A DNA stretch of 64,000 nt from Eledone cirrhosa (lineage: Eukaryota). Where the stretch lies: contig OZ024741.1 of assembly GCA_964016885.1 (NCBI GenBank), positions 262,136,001 to 262,200,000 of the forward strand, written 5' to 3'. Shown in pieces: positions 1 through 12,104 of the stretch. Position 1 is the first letter of the stretch. Every line of letters begins with the position of its first letter. The position numbers and the translations under genes were made by a program. Under the pieces are notes generated by a model. The model saw nothing but the letters and a program-made list of their open reading frames with translations. It was not told the DNA's origin and did not search any database.

Positions 1-64
1 AATGTTTTCCCTTACGAGTGTTTCCGCTTACGAGTCTTTCGACTTACGAGTGTTTCGACTTACT

Positions 65-133
65 AAAATAACAAATAGACGCGGTTTCAAATCTCTATGC
101 TTTTCAAGTTCATTACATTAATCTTTATTTATA
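65..133 (+). repeat. 68-bp AT-rich interspersed element, copy 1 (CAAGTTC, TATATG type)
   Basis: AAAATAACAAATAGACGCGG...CTTTATTTATA read directly. Confidence 0.95.
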
Positions 134-149
134 TGTTTCGCTTTACGAA

Positions 150-1550
150 TGTTTCGGCTTGCGAGTGTTTCGACATACGAGTGTTTTGGCTTACGGGCGT
201 TTCGTCTTACGGGTGTTGCGACTTACGAGTGTTTCGACTTACGAGTGTTCTGACTTACGAGTGTTCTGACTTGCAAGTGTTCCGACTTACGAGTGTTTCG
301 GCTTACGAGTGTTTCGACATACGAGTGCTTTGACTTACGGATGTTTCGACTTACGGGTGTTTCGATTTACGAGTGTTTCGACTTACGAGTGTTCTGACTA
401 CGAGTGTTCTGACTTACGGGTGCTCTGACTTACGAGTGTTTCGACTTACGAGTGTTTCGACTTACGAGTGTTTCGACTTACGAGTGTTTCGGCTTACGAG
501 TGTTTCGACTTACGAGAGTTTTGACTTACGAATGTTTTGCCTTACGGGTGTTCCGGTTTACGAGTGTTTCGACTTACGAGTATTCTGACTTACGGGTGTT
601 TCGACTTACGAGTGTTTCGACTTACGAGTGTTCCGACCTACGAGGGTTTCGGCTTAAGGCTGTTCCTACTTACGAGTATTTTCGGCTTACGAGTGTTTCG
701 ACTTACGAGTGTTTTGACTTACGGGTGTTTTGACATACGAGTGTTTCGATACGAGTGTTCTGACTTACGAGTGTTCTGACTTACGAGTGTTCTGACTTAC
801 GAGTGTTCCGACTTACGAGTGTTTCGGCTCACGAGTGTTTCGGCTTACGAGTGTTTCGACTTACGAAAATAACAAATAGACGCGGTTTCAAATCTCTATG
901 CTTTTCAAGTTCATTACATTAATCTTTATTTATATGTTTCGCTTTACGAATGTTTCGACTTACGAGTGTTTCGGCTTACAAGTGTTTCGACTTACGAGTG
1001 TTTCGGCTTACGAGTGTTTCGACTTACGAGTGTTCTGACTACGAGTGTTCTGACTTACGGGTGTTCTGACTTACGAGTGTTTCAGCTTACGAGTGTTTCG
1101 GCTCACGAGTGTTTCGACTTACGAGTGTTTCGACTTACGAGTGTTTCGACTTGCGAGTGTTTCGACTTACGAGTGATTTTGCCATACGGGTGTTTCGGTT
1201 TACGTGTGTTTCGACTTACGAGTGTTCTGACTTACGAGTGTTCCGACCTACGAGCGTTACGGCTTACGGGTGTTCCGACCTACGAGTGTTTCCACTTACG
1301 AGTGTTTTGACTTACGATTGTTTCGGCTTACGAGTGTTTCGACTTACGAGTGTTTCGACTTACGAGTGTTTTGACTTACGGTGTTTCGGCTTACGAGTGT
1401 TTCGACTTACGGGTGTTTTGACATACGAGTGTTTCGATACGAGTGTTCTGACTTACGAGTGTTCTGACTTACGAGTGTTCTGACTTACGTGTGTTCTGAC
1501 TTACGAATGTTCCGATTTACGAGTTTCGGCTTATGAGTGTTTCCACTTAC
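150..1550 (+). repeat. ~1.4-kb block duplicated at ~12680-14095
   Basis: ORF 373 is identical to ORF 12901 (+12528). ORFs 966->13510, 1109->13653 and insert 866->13410 recur at +12544. Boundaries are approximate. Confidence 0.85.
866..934 (+). repeat. 68-bp element, copy 2 (CAAGTTC, TATATG)
   Basis: Direct match to copy 1. Confidence 0.95.
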
Positions 1551-4500
1551 TAATGTTTTTATTTACGAGTGTTACGGTGTACGAGTGTTTCGACTTAAGG
1601 ATGTTTCGACTTACGAGTGTTTCGACTTACGAGTGTTTCGGCTTACGTGAGTTTTGACTTAAGAGTGTTCTTACGAGTGTTTTTACTTACGAATGTTTCT
1701 ACTTACGGGTGTTTCTGCTTACGAGTGTTTCGACTTACCAGTGTTTCGGCTTGCGAGTGTTTCGACTTACTAATGTTTTTCCTTACGAGTTTTCGGCGTA
1801 CGAGTGTTTCGACTTACGAGTGTTTTGACTTACGGGTGTTTCGGCTTACGAGTGTTTCGACTTACGAGTGTTTCGGCTTATGAGTGTTTCGTCTTACGAG
1901 TGTTTTGACTTACGGTTGTTTTGACATACGAGTGTTTCGATACGAGTGTTCTGACTTACGAGTGTTCTGACTTACGAGTCTTCTGACTTACGAGTGTTCT
2001 GACTTACGGGTGTTCTGACTTACGAGTGTTCCGACTTACGAGTGTTTCGGCTATGAGTGTTTTGACTTACGGGTGTTTCGACTTCCGGGTGTTTCGACTT
2101 ACGAGTGTTTCGACTTACGAGTGTTTCCGCTTACGAGTGTTTCGGCTTACGAGTGTTTCGACATACTAATGTTTTTACTTACGAGTGTTTCGGTGTACGA
2201 GTGTTTCGACTTAAGGATGCTTCGACTTACGAGTGTTTCGACTTACGAGTGTTTCGACTTATGAGTGTTTCGAATTACGAGTGTTTTGGCTTACGAATGT
2301 TTTCACTTACGGGTGTTTCGACTTACGGGTGTTTAGGCTTACGAGTGTTTCGACTTACGAGTGTTTTGACTTACGAGTGTTCTGACTTACGAGTGTTCTG
2401 ACTACGAGTGTTCTGACTTACGGGTGTTCTGACTTACGAGTGTTCCGACTTACGAGTGTTTCGGCTTATGAAGGTTTCGACTTACGGGCGTTTCGACTTA
2501 CGGGTGTTTCGACTTACGAGTGTTTTGACTTACGAGTGTTCTGACTTACGAGTGTTCTGTCTTACGAGTGTTCCGACTTACGACTGTTTCGACTTACGAG
2601 TGTTTCGACTTAAGAGTGTTTTGAATTACGATTGTTTCGGCTTACGAGTGTTTCGACTTACGAGTATTTCGACTTACGAGTGATTCGGCTATGGGTGTTT
2701 CGACTTACGAGTGTTTCGACTTACGAATGTTTTGGCTTACGAGTGTTTCGGCTTACGAGTGTTTCGACTTACGAATGTTTTAGCTTACGAGTGTTTCGGC
2801 TTACGGGCGTTTCGACTTACGAGTGTTTCGACTTACGTGTGTTTTGACTTACGGTGTTTCGGCTTACGAGTTATTCGACATACGAGAGTTTCGACTCACG
2901 GGTGTTTCGACTTACGGGTGTTTCGACTTACGAGTGTTTCGACTTATGAGTGTTTCGACTTACGAGTGTTCTGACTTACGAGTGTTCTGACTTACGAGTG
3001 TTCCGACTTACGAGTGTTTCGGTTTACGAGTGTTTCGACATACGAGTGTTTTGACTTACGGGTGTTTCGACTTACGGGTGTTTCGACTTACGAGTGTTTC
3101 GGCTTACGAGTGTTTCGACTTACTAATGTTTTTACTTACGAGTGTTTCGGTGTACGAGTGTTTCGACTTAAGGATGTTTCGACTTACGAGTGTTTCGACT
3201 TACGTGTGTTTCGGCTTACGTGAGTTTCGACTTAAGAGTGTTCTGATTTACGAGTGTTTCGACATACGAGTGTTTTGACTTACGGGTGTTTCGACTTACG
3301 AGTGTTTTGACTTACGAATGTTTTGACTTACGGGAGTTTCGGCTTACGAGTGTTTCGACTTACGAGTGTTTCGGCTTACGAGTGTTTCGACTTACTAATG
3401 TTTTTACTTACGAGTGTTTCGGCGTACGAGAGTTTTGACTTACGAGTGTTTCGACTTGCGGGTGTTTCGACTTAGGAGTGTTTTGACTTACGAATGTTTT
3501 GACTTACGGGTTTTTCGGCTTACGAGTGTTTCGACTTACGAGTCTTTCTGCTTACAAGTGTTTCGACTTACTATTGTTTTTACTTACGAGTGTTTCGGCT
3601 TACGAGTGTTTCGACTTACGAGTGTTCTGACTTATGAGTGTTCTGACTTACGAGTGTTCTGACTTACGAGTGTTCCGACTTACGAGTGTTTCGGCTTACG
3701 AGTGTTTCGACTTACGAGTGTTTCGACTTACTAATGTTTTTACTTACGAGTGTTTCGGCGTACGAGTGTTTCGACTTACGAGTATTTCGACTTACGGGTG
3801 TTTTGACTTACGGGTGTTTCGGCTTACGAGTGTTTCGACTTACGAGTGTTTGACTTAAGGGTGTTTCGACTTACGAGTATTTTTGGCTTACGAGTGTTTC
3901 GACTTACGAGTGTTTTGACTTACGAGTGTTCTGATTTACGGATGTTTCGACATACGAGTGTTTCGACTTACGAGTGTTTCGACTTATGAGTGTTTCGACT
4001 TACGAGTGTTTCGACTTACGAGTGTTTCGGCTTATGAGTGTTTCGACTTACGAGTGTTTTGACTTACGGTGTTTCGGCTTACGAGTGTTTCGACTTACGA
4101 GTGTTTTGACTTACGGGTGTTTTGACATACGAGTGTTTCGATACGAGTGTTCTGACTTACGAGTGTTCTGACTTACGAGTGTTTTGACTTACGTGTGTTC
4201 TGACTTACGAGTGTTCCGACTTACGAGTGTTCCGACTTACGAGTGTTTCGGCTTACGAGTGTTTCCGGCTTACGAGTGTTTCGACTTACGAGTGTTTTGA
4301 CTTACGGTGTTTCGGCTTACGAGTGATTCGACTTACGAGTGTTTTGACTTACGGGTGTTTTGACTTACGGGTGTTGTGAATTACGAGTGTTCCGATTTAC
4401 GAGTGTTTTGACTTACGGTGTTTCGGCTTACGAGTGATTCGACTTACGAATGTTTTGACTTACGGGTGTTTCGGCTTGAGAGTGTTTCGACTTACGAGTG

Positions 4501-6310
4501 TTGCGGCTTATGAGTGTTTCGTCTTACTAATGTTTTTACTTACGAGTGTTTCGGCGTACGAGTGTTTTGACTTACGATTGTTTCGACTTACGAGTGTTTT
4601 GACTTACGAATGTTTTGACTTACGGGTGTTTCGGCTTACGAGTGTTTCGACTTACGAGTGTTTCGGCTTGCGAGTGTTTCGACTTACTAATGTTTTTACT
4701 TACGAGTGTTTCGGCGTACGAGTGTTTCGACTTACGAGTGTTTCGACTTACGGGTGTTTTGACTTACGGGTGTTGTGAATTACGAGTGTTCCGATTTACG
4801 AGTGTTTTGACTTACGGTGTTTCGGCTTACGAGTGATTTGACTTACGAATGTTTTGACTTACGGGTGTTTCGGCTTGCGAGTGTTTCGACTTACGAGAGT
4901 TTTGACTTACGAGTGTTTCGACTTACGAGTGTTTTGACTTAAGGGTGTTTCGACTTACGAGTTATTTTGGCTTACGAGTGTTTCGACTTACGAGTGTTTT
5001 GACTTACGAGTGTTCTGATTTACGGATGTTTCTACATACGAGTGTTTTCACTTACGGTGTTTCGGCTTACGAGTGATTCGACTTACGAGTGTTTTGACTT
5101 ACGGGTGTTTTGACTTACGCGTGTTGTGAATTACGAGTGTTCCGATTTACGAGTGTTTTGACTTACGGTGTTTCGGCTTACGAGTGATTCGACTTACGAA
5201 TGTTTTGACTTATGGGTGTTTCGGCTTGCGAGTGTTTCGACTTACGAGTGTTTCGGCTTATGAGTGTTTCGACTTACTAATGTTTTTACTTACGAGTGTT
5301 TGGGCGTACGAGTGTTTCGACATACGAGTGTTTTGACTTACGGGTGTTTCGACTTACGAGTGTTTTGACTTACGAATGTTTTGACTTACGGGTGTTTCGG
5401 CTTACGAGTGTTTCGACTTACGAGTCTTTCGGCTTACGAGTGTCTCGACTTACTAATGTTTTTACTTACGAGTGTTTCGGCGTACGAGTGTTTAGACTTA
5501 CGAGTATTTCGACTTACGGGTGTTTTGACTTACGGGTGTTTCGGCTTACGAGTGTTTCGACTTACGAGTGTTTGACTTAAGGGTGTTTCGACTTACGAGT
5601 ATTTTTGGCTTACGAGTGTTTCGACTTACGAGTGTTTTGACTTACGAGTGTTCTGATTTACGGATGTTTCGACATACGAGTGTTTCGACTTACGAGTGTT
5701 TCGACTTATGAGTGTTTCGTCTTACGAGTGTTTCGACTTACGAGTGTTTCGGCTTATGAGTGTTTCGACTTACGAGTGTTTTGACTTACGGTGTTTCGGC
5801 TTACGAGTGTTTCGACTTACGAGTGTTTTGACATACGGGTGTTTTGACATACGAGTGTTTCGATACGAGTGTTCTGACTTACGAGTGTTCTGACTTACGA
5901 GGGTTCCGACTTACGAGTGTTCCGACTTACGAGTGTTTTGGCTTACGGTGTTTCGGATTACGAGTGTTTCGAGTTACGAGTGTTTTGACTTACGCGTGTT
6001 TTGACATACGAGTGTTTCGATACGAGGGTTCTGACTTTCGAGTGTTCTGACGTACGAGTGTTCTGACTTACGAGTGTTCTGACTTACGAATGTTCCGACT
6101 TTACGAGTGTTTCGGCTCACGAGTGTTTTGGCTTACGGTGTTTCGGCTTACGAGTGTTTCGAGTTACGAGTGTTTTGACTTACGCGTTTTTTGACATACG
6201 AGTGTTTCGATACGATTGTTCTGACTTACGAGTGTTCTGACTTACGAGTGTTCTGACTTACGAGTGTTCTGACTTACGAGTGTTCTGACTTACGAGTGTA
6301 TCGACTTACG

Positions 6311-6379
6311 AAAATAACAAATAGACGCGGTTTCAAATCTCTATGCTTTTCAAATTCATTACATTAATCTTTATTTATA
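6311..6379 (+). repeat. 68-bp element, copy 3 (CAAATTC, TATACG)
   Basis: Direct match to the element. Confidence 0.95.
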
Positions 6380-9300
6380 CGTTTCGCTTTACGAGTGTTT
6401 CGACTTACGAGTCTTTCGACATACGAGTGTTTCAGCTTACGAGTGTTTTGATTTACGAGTGTTTTGACTTACGGGTGTTTCGACTTTCGCGTGTTTCGAC
6501 TTACGAGTGTTTGGACTTACGAGTGTTTCGACTTACGAGTGTTTCGGCTTACGAGTGTTTCGAATTACGAGTGTTTTGGCATACGAATGTTTTCACTGAC
6601 GGGTGTTTCGACTTACGGGTGTTTCGGCTTACGAGTGTTTCGACTTACGAGTGTTTTGACTTAGGAGTGTTCTGACTTACGAGTGTTCTGACTTACGAGT
6701 GTTCCGACTAACAAGTGTTCCGACTTACGAGTGTTTCGGCTTACGTGTGTTTCGGCTTACGAGTGTTTCGGCTTACGAGTGTTTTGACTTACGAGTGTTC
6801 TGACTACGAGTGTTCTGACTTACGAGTGTTCTGACTTACGAGTGTTCCGACTTACGAGTGTTTCGGCTTATGAGTGTTTCGACTTACGGGCGTTTCGACT
6901 TACGAGTGTTTTGACTTACGAGTGTTCTGACTTACGAGTGTTCTGACTTACGAGTGTTCCGACTTACGACTGTTTCGACTTACGAGTGTTTTGACTTACG
7001 AGTGTTCCGACTTACGAGTGTTTCGGCTTACGGGTGTTTCGACGTACGAGTATTTTTGGCTTACGAGTGTTTCGACTTACGAGTGTTTTGAATTACGATT
7101 GTTTCGGCTTACGAGTGTTTCGACTTACGAGTATTTCGACTTACGAGTGTTTTGACTTACGGGTGATTTGACATTCGAGTGTTTCGATACGAGTGCTCTG
7201 ACTTACGAGTGTTCTGAATTACGAGTGTTCTGACTTACGAGTGTTCGGACTTACAGGTGTTCTGACTTACGTGTGTTCCGACTTACGAGTGTTTCGGCTA
7301 TGGGTGTTTCGACTTACGAGTGTTTCGACTTACGAATGTTTTGGCTTACGAGTGTTTCGGCTTACGAGTGTTTCGACTTACGAATGTTTTGGCTTACGGT
7401 GTTTCGGCTTACGAGTGTTTCGACTTACGAGTGTTTTGACTTACGGTGTTTCGGCTTACGAGTTATTCGACATACGAGTGTTTCGACTTACGGGTGTTTC
7501 GACTTACGGGTGTTTCGACTTACGAGTGTTTCGACTTATGAGTGTTTCGACTTACGAGTGTTCTGACTTACGAGTGTTCTGACATACGAGTGTTCCGACT
7601 TACGAGTGTTTCGGTTTACGAGTGTTTCGACATACGAGTGTTTTGACTTACGGGTGTTTCGACTTACGGGTGTTTCGACTTACGAGTGTTTCGGCTTACG
7701 AGTGTTTCGACTTACTAATGTTTTTATTTACGAGTGTTTCGGTGTACGAGTGTTTCGACTTAAGGATGTTTCGACATACGAGTGTTTCGACTTACGAGTG
7801 TTTCGGCTTACGTGAGTTTTGAATTAAGAGTGTTCTTACGAGTGTTTTGACTTACGAATGTTTTGACTTACGGGTGTTTCGGCTTACGAGTGTTTCGACT
7901 TACCAGTGTTTCGGCTTGCGAGTGTTTCGACTTACTAATGTTTTTCCTTACGAGTTTTCGGCGTACGAGTGTTTCGACTTACGAGTGTTTCGACTTACGG
8001 GTGTTTTGACTTACGGGTGTTTCGGCTTACGAGTGTTTCGACTTACGAGTGTTTCGGCTTATGAGTGTTTCGACTTACGAGTGTTTTGACTTACGGGTGT
8101 TTTGACATACGAGTGTTTCGATACGAGTGTTCTGACTTACGAGTGTTCTGACTTACGAGTGTTCTGACTTACGAGTGTTCTGACTTACGGGTGTTCTGAC
8201 TTACGAGTGTTCCGACTTACGAGTGTTTCGGCTATGAGTGTTTTGACTTACGGGTGTTTCGACTTACGGGTGTTTCGACTTACGAGTGTTTCGACTTACG
8301 AGTGTTTCCGCTTACGAGTGTTTCGGCTTACGAGTGTTTCGACATACTAATGTTTTTACTTACGAGTGTTTCGGTGTACGAGTGTTTCGACTTAAGGATG
8401 CTTCGACTTACGAGTGTTTCGACTTACGAGTGTTTCGACTTACGAGTGTTTCGAATTACGAGTGTTTTGGCTTACGAATGTTTTCACTTACGGGTGTTTC
8501 GACTTACGGGTGTTTCGGCTTACGAGTGTTTCGACTTACGAGTGTTTTGACTTACGAGTGTTCTGACTTACGAGTGTTCTGACTACGAGTGTTCTGACTT
8601 ACGGGTGTTCTGACTTACGAGTGTTTCGGCTTATGAAGGTTTCGACTTACGGGCGTTTCGACTTACGGGTGTTTCGACTTACGAGTGTTTTGACTTACGA
8701 GTGTTCTGACTTACGAGTGTTCTGTCTTACGAGTGTTCCGACTTACGACTGTTTCGACTTACGAGTGTTTCGACTTAAGAGTGTTTTGAATTACGATTGT
8801 TTCGGCTTACGAGTATTTCGACTTACGAGTGATTCGGCTATGGGTGTTTCGACTTACGAGTGTTTCGACTTACGAATGTTTTGGCTTACGAGTGTTTCGG
8901 CTTACGAGTGTTTCGACTTACGAATGTTTTAGCTTACGAGTGTTTCGGCTTACGGGCGTTTCGACTTACGAGTGTTTCGACTTACGAGTGTTTTGACTTA
9001 CGAGTGTTCCGACTTACGAGTGTTTCGGTTTACGAGTGTTTCGACTTACTAATGTTTTTACTTACGAGTGTTTCGGTGTACGAGTGTTTCGACTTAAGGA
9101 TGTTTCGACTTACGAGTGTTTCGACTTACGTGTGTTTCGGCTTACGTGAGTTTCGACTTAAGAGTGTTCTGATTTACGAGTGTTCTGACTTGCGGGTGTT
9201 CTGATTTACGAGTGTTCCGACTTACGAGTGTTTCGGCTTATGAGTGTTTCGACTTACGAGTGTTTCGGCTTACGAGTGTTTCGACTTACGGTGTTTCGGC

Positions 9301-10625
9301 TTACGAGTGTTTCGACATACGAGTGTTTTGACTTACGGGTGTTTCGACTTACGAGTGTTTTGACTTACGAATGTTTTGACTTACGGGTGTTTCGGCTTAC
9401 GAGTGTTTCGACTTACGAGTGTTTCGGCTTACGAGTGTTTCGACTTACTAATGTTTTTACTTACGAGTGTTTCGGCGTACGAGAGTTTTGACTTACGAGT
9501 GTTTCGACTTGCGGGTGTTTCGACTTACGAGTGTTTTGACTTACGAATGTTTTGACTTACGGGTTTTTCGGCTTACGAGTGTTTCGACTTACGAGTCTTT
9601 CTGCTTACAAGTGTTTCGACTTACTATTGTTTTTACTTACGAGTGTTTCGGCTTACGAGTGTTTCGACTTACGAGTGTTCTGACTTACGAGTGTTCTGAC
9701 TTATGAGTGTTCTGACTTACGAGTGTTCTGACTTACGAGTGTTCCGACTTACGAGTGTTTCGGCTTACGAGTGTTTCGACTTACGAGTGTTTCGACTTAC
9801 AAGTGTTTCGACTTACGAGTGTTTTGACTTACGGTGTTTCGGCTTACGAGTGTTTCGACTTACGAGTGTTTTGACTTACTGGTGTTTTGACATACGAGTG
9901 TTTCGATACGAGTGTTTCGACTTACGAGTGTTCTGACTTACGAGTGTTGTGACTTACGAGTGTTCCGACTTACGAGTGTTTCGGTTTACGTGTGTTTCGA
10001 CATACGAGTGTTTCGACTTATGAGTGTTTCGACTTACGAGTGTTCTGACTTACGAGTGTTGTGACTTACGAGTGTTCCGACTTACGAGTGTTTCGGCTTA
10101 CGAGTGTTTCGACTTACTAATGTTTTTACTTACGAGTGTTTCGGTGTACGAGTGTTTCGACTTAAGGATGTTTCGACTTACGAGTGTTTCGACTTACGAG
10201 TGTTTCGACTTACAAGTGTTTCGACTTACGAGTGTTTTGACTTACGGTGTTTCGGCTTACGAGTGTTTCGACTTACGAGTGTTTTGACTTACTGGTGTTT
10301 TGACATACGAGTGTTTCGATACGAGTGTTTCGACTTACGAGTGTTCTGACTTACGAGTGTTCTGACTTACGAGTGTTCTGACTTACGAGTGTTCTAACTT
10401 ACGAGTGTTTTGACTTACGATTGTTTCGGCTTACGAGTGTTTCGACTTACGAGTGTTTCGACTTACGAGTGTTTTGACTTACGGGTGTTTTGACATACGA
10501 GTGTTTCGATACGAGTGTTCTGACTTACGAGTGTTCTGACTTACGAGTGTTCTGACTTACGAGTGTTCCGACTTACGAGTGTTTCGGCTCACGAGTGTTT
10601 CGGCTTACGAGTGTTTCCACTTACG

Positions 10626-10694
10626 AAAATAACAAATAGACGCGGTTTCAAATTTCTATGCTTTTCAAGTTCATTACATTAATCTTTATTTATA
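10626..10694 (+). repeat. 68-bp element, copy 4 (CAAGTTC, TATACG, private AATTTCT)
   Basis: Direct match to the element. Confidence 0.95.
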
Positions 10695-12035
10695 CGTTTC
10701 GCTTTACGAATGTTTCGACTTACGAGTGTTTCGACTTACGAGTGTTTCGACTTACGAGTGCTTTGACTTACGGGTCTTTCGACTTACGCGTGTTTCGACT
10801 TACGAGTGTTCTGACTTACGAGTGTTCTGACTTACGAGTGTTCCGACTTACGAGTGTTTTGACTTACGAGTGTTTCGGCTTACAAGTGTTTTGACTTACG
10901 AGAGTTTTGACTTACGAGTGTTTCGACTTACGAGAGTTTTGACTTACGAATGTTTTGCCTTACGGGTGTTCCGGTTTACGAGTGTTTCGACTTACGAGTA
11001 TTCTGACTTACGAGTGTTCCGACTTACGGGTGTTTCGACTTACGAATGTTTCGACTTACGAGTGTGCCGACCTACGAGGGTTTCGGCTTAAGGCTGTTCT
11101 GACTTACGAGTATTTTCGACTTAAGGATGTTTCGAGTTACGAGTGGTTCGACTTACGAGTGTTTCGGCTTACGTGAGTTTCGACTTAAGAGTGTTCTGAT
11201 TTACGAGTGTTCTGACTTACGAGTGTTTCGGCTTATGAATGTTTCGACTTACGAGTGTTTCGGCTTACGTGAGTTTCGACTTAAGAGTGTTCTGATTTAC
11301 GAGTGTTCTGACTTACGAGTGTTTCGGCTTATGAGTGTTTCGACTTACGAGTGTTTCGGCTTACGAGTGTTTCGACTTATGGGTGTTTCGACTTACGAGT
11401 GTTTTTACTTACGGTGTTTCGGCTTACGAGTGTTTCGGCATACGAGTGTTTTGACTTACGGGTGTTTCGACTTACGAGTGTTTTGACTTACGAATCTTTT
11501 GACTTACGGGTGTTTCGGCTTACGAGTGTTTCGACTTACGAGTGTTTCGGCTTACGAGTATTTCGACTTACTAATCTTTTTACTTACGAGTGTTTCGGCG
11601 TACGAGAGTTTTGACTTACGAGTGTTTCGACTTACGAGTGTTTCGATTTACGAGTGTTTTGACTTACGAATGTTTTGACTTACGGGTGTTTCGGCTTACG
11701 AGTGTTTCGACTTACGAGTGTTTTAACTTACGAGTGTTCTGACTTACGAGTGTTCCGACTTACGGGTGTTTCGACTTACGAGTGTTTCGACTTACGAGTG
11801 TTCCGACCTACGAGGGTTTCGGCTTAAGGCTGTTCCGACTTACGAGTATTTTCGGCTTACGAGTGTTTCGACTTACGAGTGTTTTGACTTACGGGTGTTT
11901 TGACATACGAGTGTTTGGATACGAGTGTTCTGACTTACGAGTGTTCTGACTTACGAGTGTTCTGACTTACGAGTGTTCCGACTTACGAGTGTTTCGGCTC
12001 ACGAGTGTTTCGGCTTACGAGTGTTTCGACTTACG

Positions 12036-12104
12036 AAAATAACAAATAGACGCGGTTTCAAATCTCTATGCTTTTCAAGTTCATTACATTAATCTTTATT
12101 TATA
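12036..12104 (+). repeat. 68-bp element, copy 5 (CAAGTTC, TATATG)
   Basis: Direct match to the element. Confidence 0.95.

Noticed and set aside
65-133. 68-bp element as an independently mobile MITE/SINE, tRNA, snRNA or spliced-leader gene
   Set aside because: It has no terminal inverted repeats, target-site duplication, poly(A) tail, A/B boxes, cloverleaf or recognisable leader. Identical position, orientation and linked flank variants indicate one origin followed by co-amplification.
97-333. MLFKFITLIFIY... ORFs starting in the 68-bp element that look like signal-peptide proteins
   Set aside because: The hydrophobic F/I/L run follows from T-rich DNA. Downstream length and sequence vary arbitrarily with the satellite, and several copies (e.g. 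866, 12036, 13410, 31764, 50344) give no ORF of 60 aa or more from that ATG.
744-753. TTTCGATA/CGATA at the 14-bp monomer, resembling Drosophila DRE (TATCGATA) or BEAF-32 sites; GTTTC resembling the nematode piRNA upstream motif; near-match to the yeast ARS consensus at the element's end
   Set aside because: These are short, imperfect matches whose relevance depends on an unknown organism, and they are expected by chance in this composition.
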